The notes beneath the pieces are model-generated. The model searched no databases and was not told the origin of the DNA. It saw only the letters and a program-made list of their open reading frames with translations. 11,334 bases of DNA from assembly GCA_963765895.1 (NCBI GenBank), contig CAVXZB010000040.1, forward strand, positions 1 through 11,334, written 5' to 3'. Position 1 is the stretch's first letter; the number at the start of each line of letters is the position of its first letter. This stretch comes from an uncultured Nitrososphaeraceae archaeon. GTDB taxonomy: Archaea; Thermoproteota; Nitrososphaeria; Nitrososphaerales; Nitrososphaeraceae. Shown piece after piece: positions 9,019 to 11,334 of this stretch. The position numbers and the translations under genes are program-made.

Positions 9019-9188
9019 AATACCTAGTCATGTTTCATATTGCGTACTTAGTCATAAGGATTTTAGCTACGAATTTCCTTTTGTTTATCTGTATCTGTGG
9101 TACGCCAATTATTGTGCTCTTCTTCCTTGCTCACAAGGATACAAAAAAGACGACAACATGATAATAAGTGGAATAAGCGCATATTGCA

Positions 9189-10237
9189 TTACAATACCTC
9201 AATATTGTTTTCACTCACTTCACTAAGTGCAGGGGCGACACGTGTACCTATTAATTTAGTTGCTCGCATGAGCTTCTCATGAGATAAAGAGGCTGGATTC
9301 ATCATAAAGGTGATGCGCGATATGCCGCCTAGCGCTTTGCTGTGCCTACTTATCTTCTCTACTACTTCATCTGGATCGCCTACAAGCAACGCACCTTGAG
9401 GACCTCGCTGCGCATCAAAACTAGCAAGCGTCATTTTAGGCCATCCTCGCTCTTTACCAATCTCAGACATGGTACGTGCATAACCTGGATAGAAGTCGTC
9501 TACTGCCTCTTGAGTACTCTCTGCAACATAGCCAAGCGAATGTACACCTACCTTCAATTGATCAGGCGAGAACCCGGCTCGCCTTCCAGCCTGCCTATAG
9601 AGATCTATAAGAGGCCTGAATGTGTGAGTTTTGCCGCCTATGATTGCTACCATCAATGGGAGTCCAAGCAAACCAGCACGCACGAATGATTCTGGTGCGC
9701 CACCAACGCCTAGCCATACTGGCAAAGGATTCTGCAAGGGCCTTGGATATACTCCCTGACCATTTAGAGTAGGACGATGGTTGCCAGACCAATGTACATT
9801 TTCACTATTATCGCGAATCTTTAGGCAGCAAATCAAGCTTTTCTTCAAAAAGTGAGTCATAGTCCTCCAAACGTAATCCAAAGAGAGGAAATGCTTCTAC
9901 AAATGAGCCGTGCCCAACAACCATTTCAGCCCGGCCTTGCGATAGAAGATCCAAGGTTGCAAATTCTTGAAATACCCTTACAGGATCTGGAAGCACTTAA
10001 TACCGTCACAGCACTGGTAAGACGTATGCGTTTAGTTCGCGGAGCTGCCGCAGTGAGGATGAGGGCAGGAGCCGAATCGAGGAATTCCCTACGATGACGT
10101 TCGCCTATTCCAAACACATCCAATCCAATTTTATCGGCATATTCAATTTGTTCGACTAATCTTTGCAAACGCTCAGATGGGCTGACTGAAATGCCAGTGT
10201 CGTCCCATGTGCGAAGCGTATCAATTCCTACTTGCAT
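9189..10237 (-). pseudogene. Luciferase-like monooxygenase (LLM) class flavin-dependent oxidoreductase, Atu2307/SP_0267-like, frameshifted
   Basis: ORFs 9926-10237, 9808-9996 and 9189-9881 are consecutive parts of one gene ([69 protein letters not shown]). Extra bases at ~9990 and ~9824, plus an apparent compensated indel pair near 10210-10219 (DTLRTW versus expected DSFAAW). Confidence 0.92.
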
Positions 10238-10258
10238 CTAATATTGATTAAGTATCAT

Positions 10259-10267
10259 ATTATTTAA
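10259..10267 (-). promoter_or_regulatory. Archaeal TATA-box candidate for the LLM gene
   Basis: Minus-strand TTAAATAAT about 25 nt upstream of ATG 10237, matching leaderless archaeal promoter spacing. Confidence 0.5.
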
Positions 10268-10420
10268 GCACAGTAGTAGTAACTAACTTAGTTGGTATGA
10301 ACAACCATAGTAAGTGAGTGAAGTTTACTACAGAGATGTACATAGCAAATATAAAATGTCGCTGCTAAATTATAACGATAGATTATTGTATCAGTAGGAG
10401 AATGAGGAATATCCTTCTTA

Positions 10421-10646
10421 CTAAAGGGGTTCATATAACTTTATGATAGGATGCTCAGTAGCTTTGAAGTGTTTAGTTGCATGCTTGTTTTTTGAAGAAT
10501 CGCAACATCCTACATGATCACATGATAAACAAAGCCGTAAGTGTACCCAGTCATCTCCAGTCTTTTCACATTCTTCACAGCCTTTCGTATTTGCTTCAGC
10601 ATCAAGGTTTACTTGTTTAATATGACTACAAGGTTTTTCTAGACAT
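10421..10646 (-). pseudogene. UBP-type zinc-finger (zf-UBP) protein, frameshifted after codon 2 and C-terminally truncated
   Basis: Not in the ORF track. ATG TCT, one extra A, then EKPCSHIKQVNLDAEANTKGCEECEKTGDDWVHLRLCLSCDHVGCCDSSKNKHATKHFKATEHPIIKLYEPL*. This matches the prokaryotic ZnF-UBP pattern; the usual terminal W-x-W-C-Y segment is absent. Confidence 0.9.
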
Positions 10647-10744
10647 ATCTATACATAACAATAAAATTTCAATGTTATAAATTCAACAGTAATCAGTGTC
10701 ATCTGGTATGTTTAATATTACCTACTCATTAAGAAATTACTGCC

Positions 10745-10753
10745 ATATTTAAG
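10745..10753 (+). promoter_or_regulatory. Archaeal TATA-box candidate for the DsbA gene
   Basis: ATATTTAAG about 25-30 nt upstream of ATG 10778. Confidence 0.5.
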
Positions 10754-10777
10754 AGCACTGAACCATAAGTACGATAG

Positions 10778-11334
10778 ATGAAAAGCAAAAGTACAACAAG
10801 CAAAGCAATTAAAAAATTAACCGTGCCTGTAAATATAGGTTCTGATCATATACAAGGCTCTGTTAATGCGCCATTTAATATTGTAGAGTATGGCGATTAT
10901 GAATGCCCATATACTGGTATGGCTCATCCAATAGTCAAGGAAATAATTAGGCAGTTTGGCGACAAACTATACTTTGTATTTCGCAATTTTCCGCTTAATG
11001 ATATACATCCTTATGCACAAAATGGAGCAGAAGTCGCTGAGGCTGAGGGAGTTCAAGACAAATTCTGGGAGATGCATGATTATTTGTTTGAACATCATAA
11101 TATTAGATCATAGTCATTTACTGGAATATGCAAAGAAAGTGGGATTAGATATTGATAGATTCAAAAAGGATTTGGCTGGACATGTCTATACTTCTTTAAT
11201 AGATGAATCACTAAAAACTGGTATCAATAGCGGTGTTGAGGGTACTCCAACTTTCTATATCAATGGAGTGCGCTATGAAGACTCTTGGGACTTGCAAACA
11301 TTTTCTAAGACCATAAAACGATACCTAGGAGGAC
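10778..11334 (+). pseudogene. DsbA-family thioredoxin-fold protein (Thioredoxin_4-like) with CPYT active site; one frameshift; runs off the window end
   Basis: DHIQGS..AP..IVEYGDYECPYT...FVFRNFPL..IHP.A...KFWEMHDYLFEH. After a shift at ~11098-11102 it continues LDHSHLLEYAKKVGLDIDRFKKDL...GVEGTPTFYINGVRYEDSWD, containing the cis-Pro motif GTPTF. Confidence 0.9.

Noticed and set aside
9097-10097. ORFs 9097-9282 (+), 9342-9689 (+), 9595-9792 (-) and 9852-10097 (+)
   Set aside because: Shadow ORFs overlapping the LLM gene.
490-11334. Programmed frameshifting or an alternative genetic code as the cause of the split genes
   Set aside because: Shifts go in both directions, lack a shared slippery motif and occur several times per gene. 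The breaks are frame changes, not reassigned stop codons.
1-11334. CRISPR array, tRNA/rRNA, transposase or integrase
   Set aside because: No regularly spaced repeats, cloverleaf or rRNA signatures, or DDE/HUH/tyrosine-recombinase motifs seen by eye.

Overview
AT-rich accessory region whose TATA-box/near-leaderless gene starts and gene families (CHRD, PPOX-class F420 oxidoreductase, membrane-anchored alpha/beta hydrolase, DsbA, small Cys proteins) point to an archaeon, most likely a soil ammonia-oxidiser (Nitrososphaeraceae); this taxonomy is inference. Intact genes: an SRPBCC protein, an HxlR regulator, a 3-TM membrane protein, a small HTH-like protein and one or two Cys-containing microproteins. 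Most other recognisable genes are broken by 1-2 bp indels or truncated: a TIM-barrel epimerase, CHRD, PPOX, alpha/beta hydrolase, a secreted His/Asn/Gly-rich protein, an LLM-class oxidoreductase, a UBP-type Zn finger and DsbA. Several of these are absent from or only partly shown in the ORF track. The right end is a putative redox cluster (HxlR, LLM, ZnF-UBP, divergent single-Cys CPYT DsbA). A perfect 16-bp inverted repeat lies at the truncation point of the hydrolase. I found no rRNA, tRNA, CRISPR array or transposase and cannot support a complete new system; the best leads are listed as findings.
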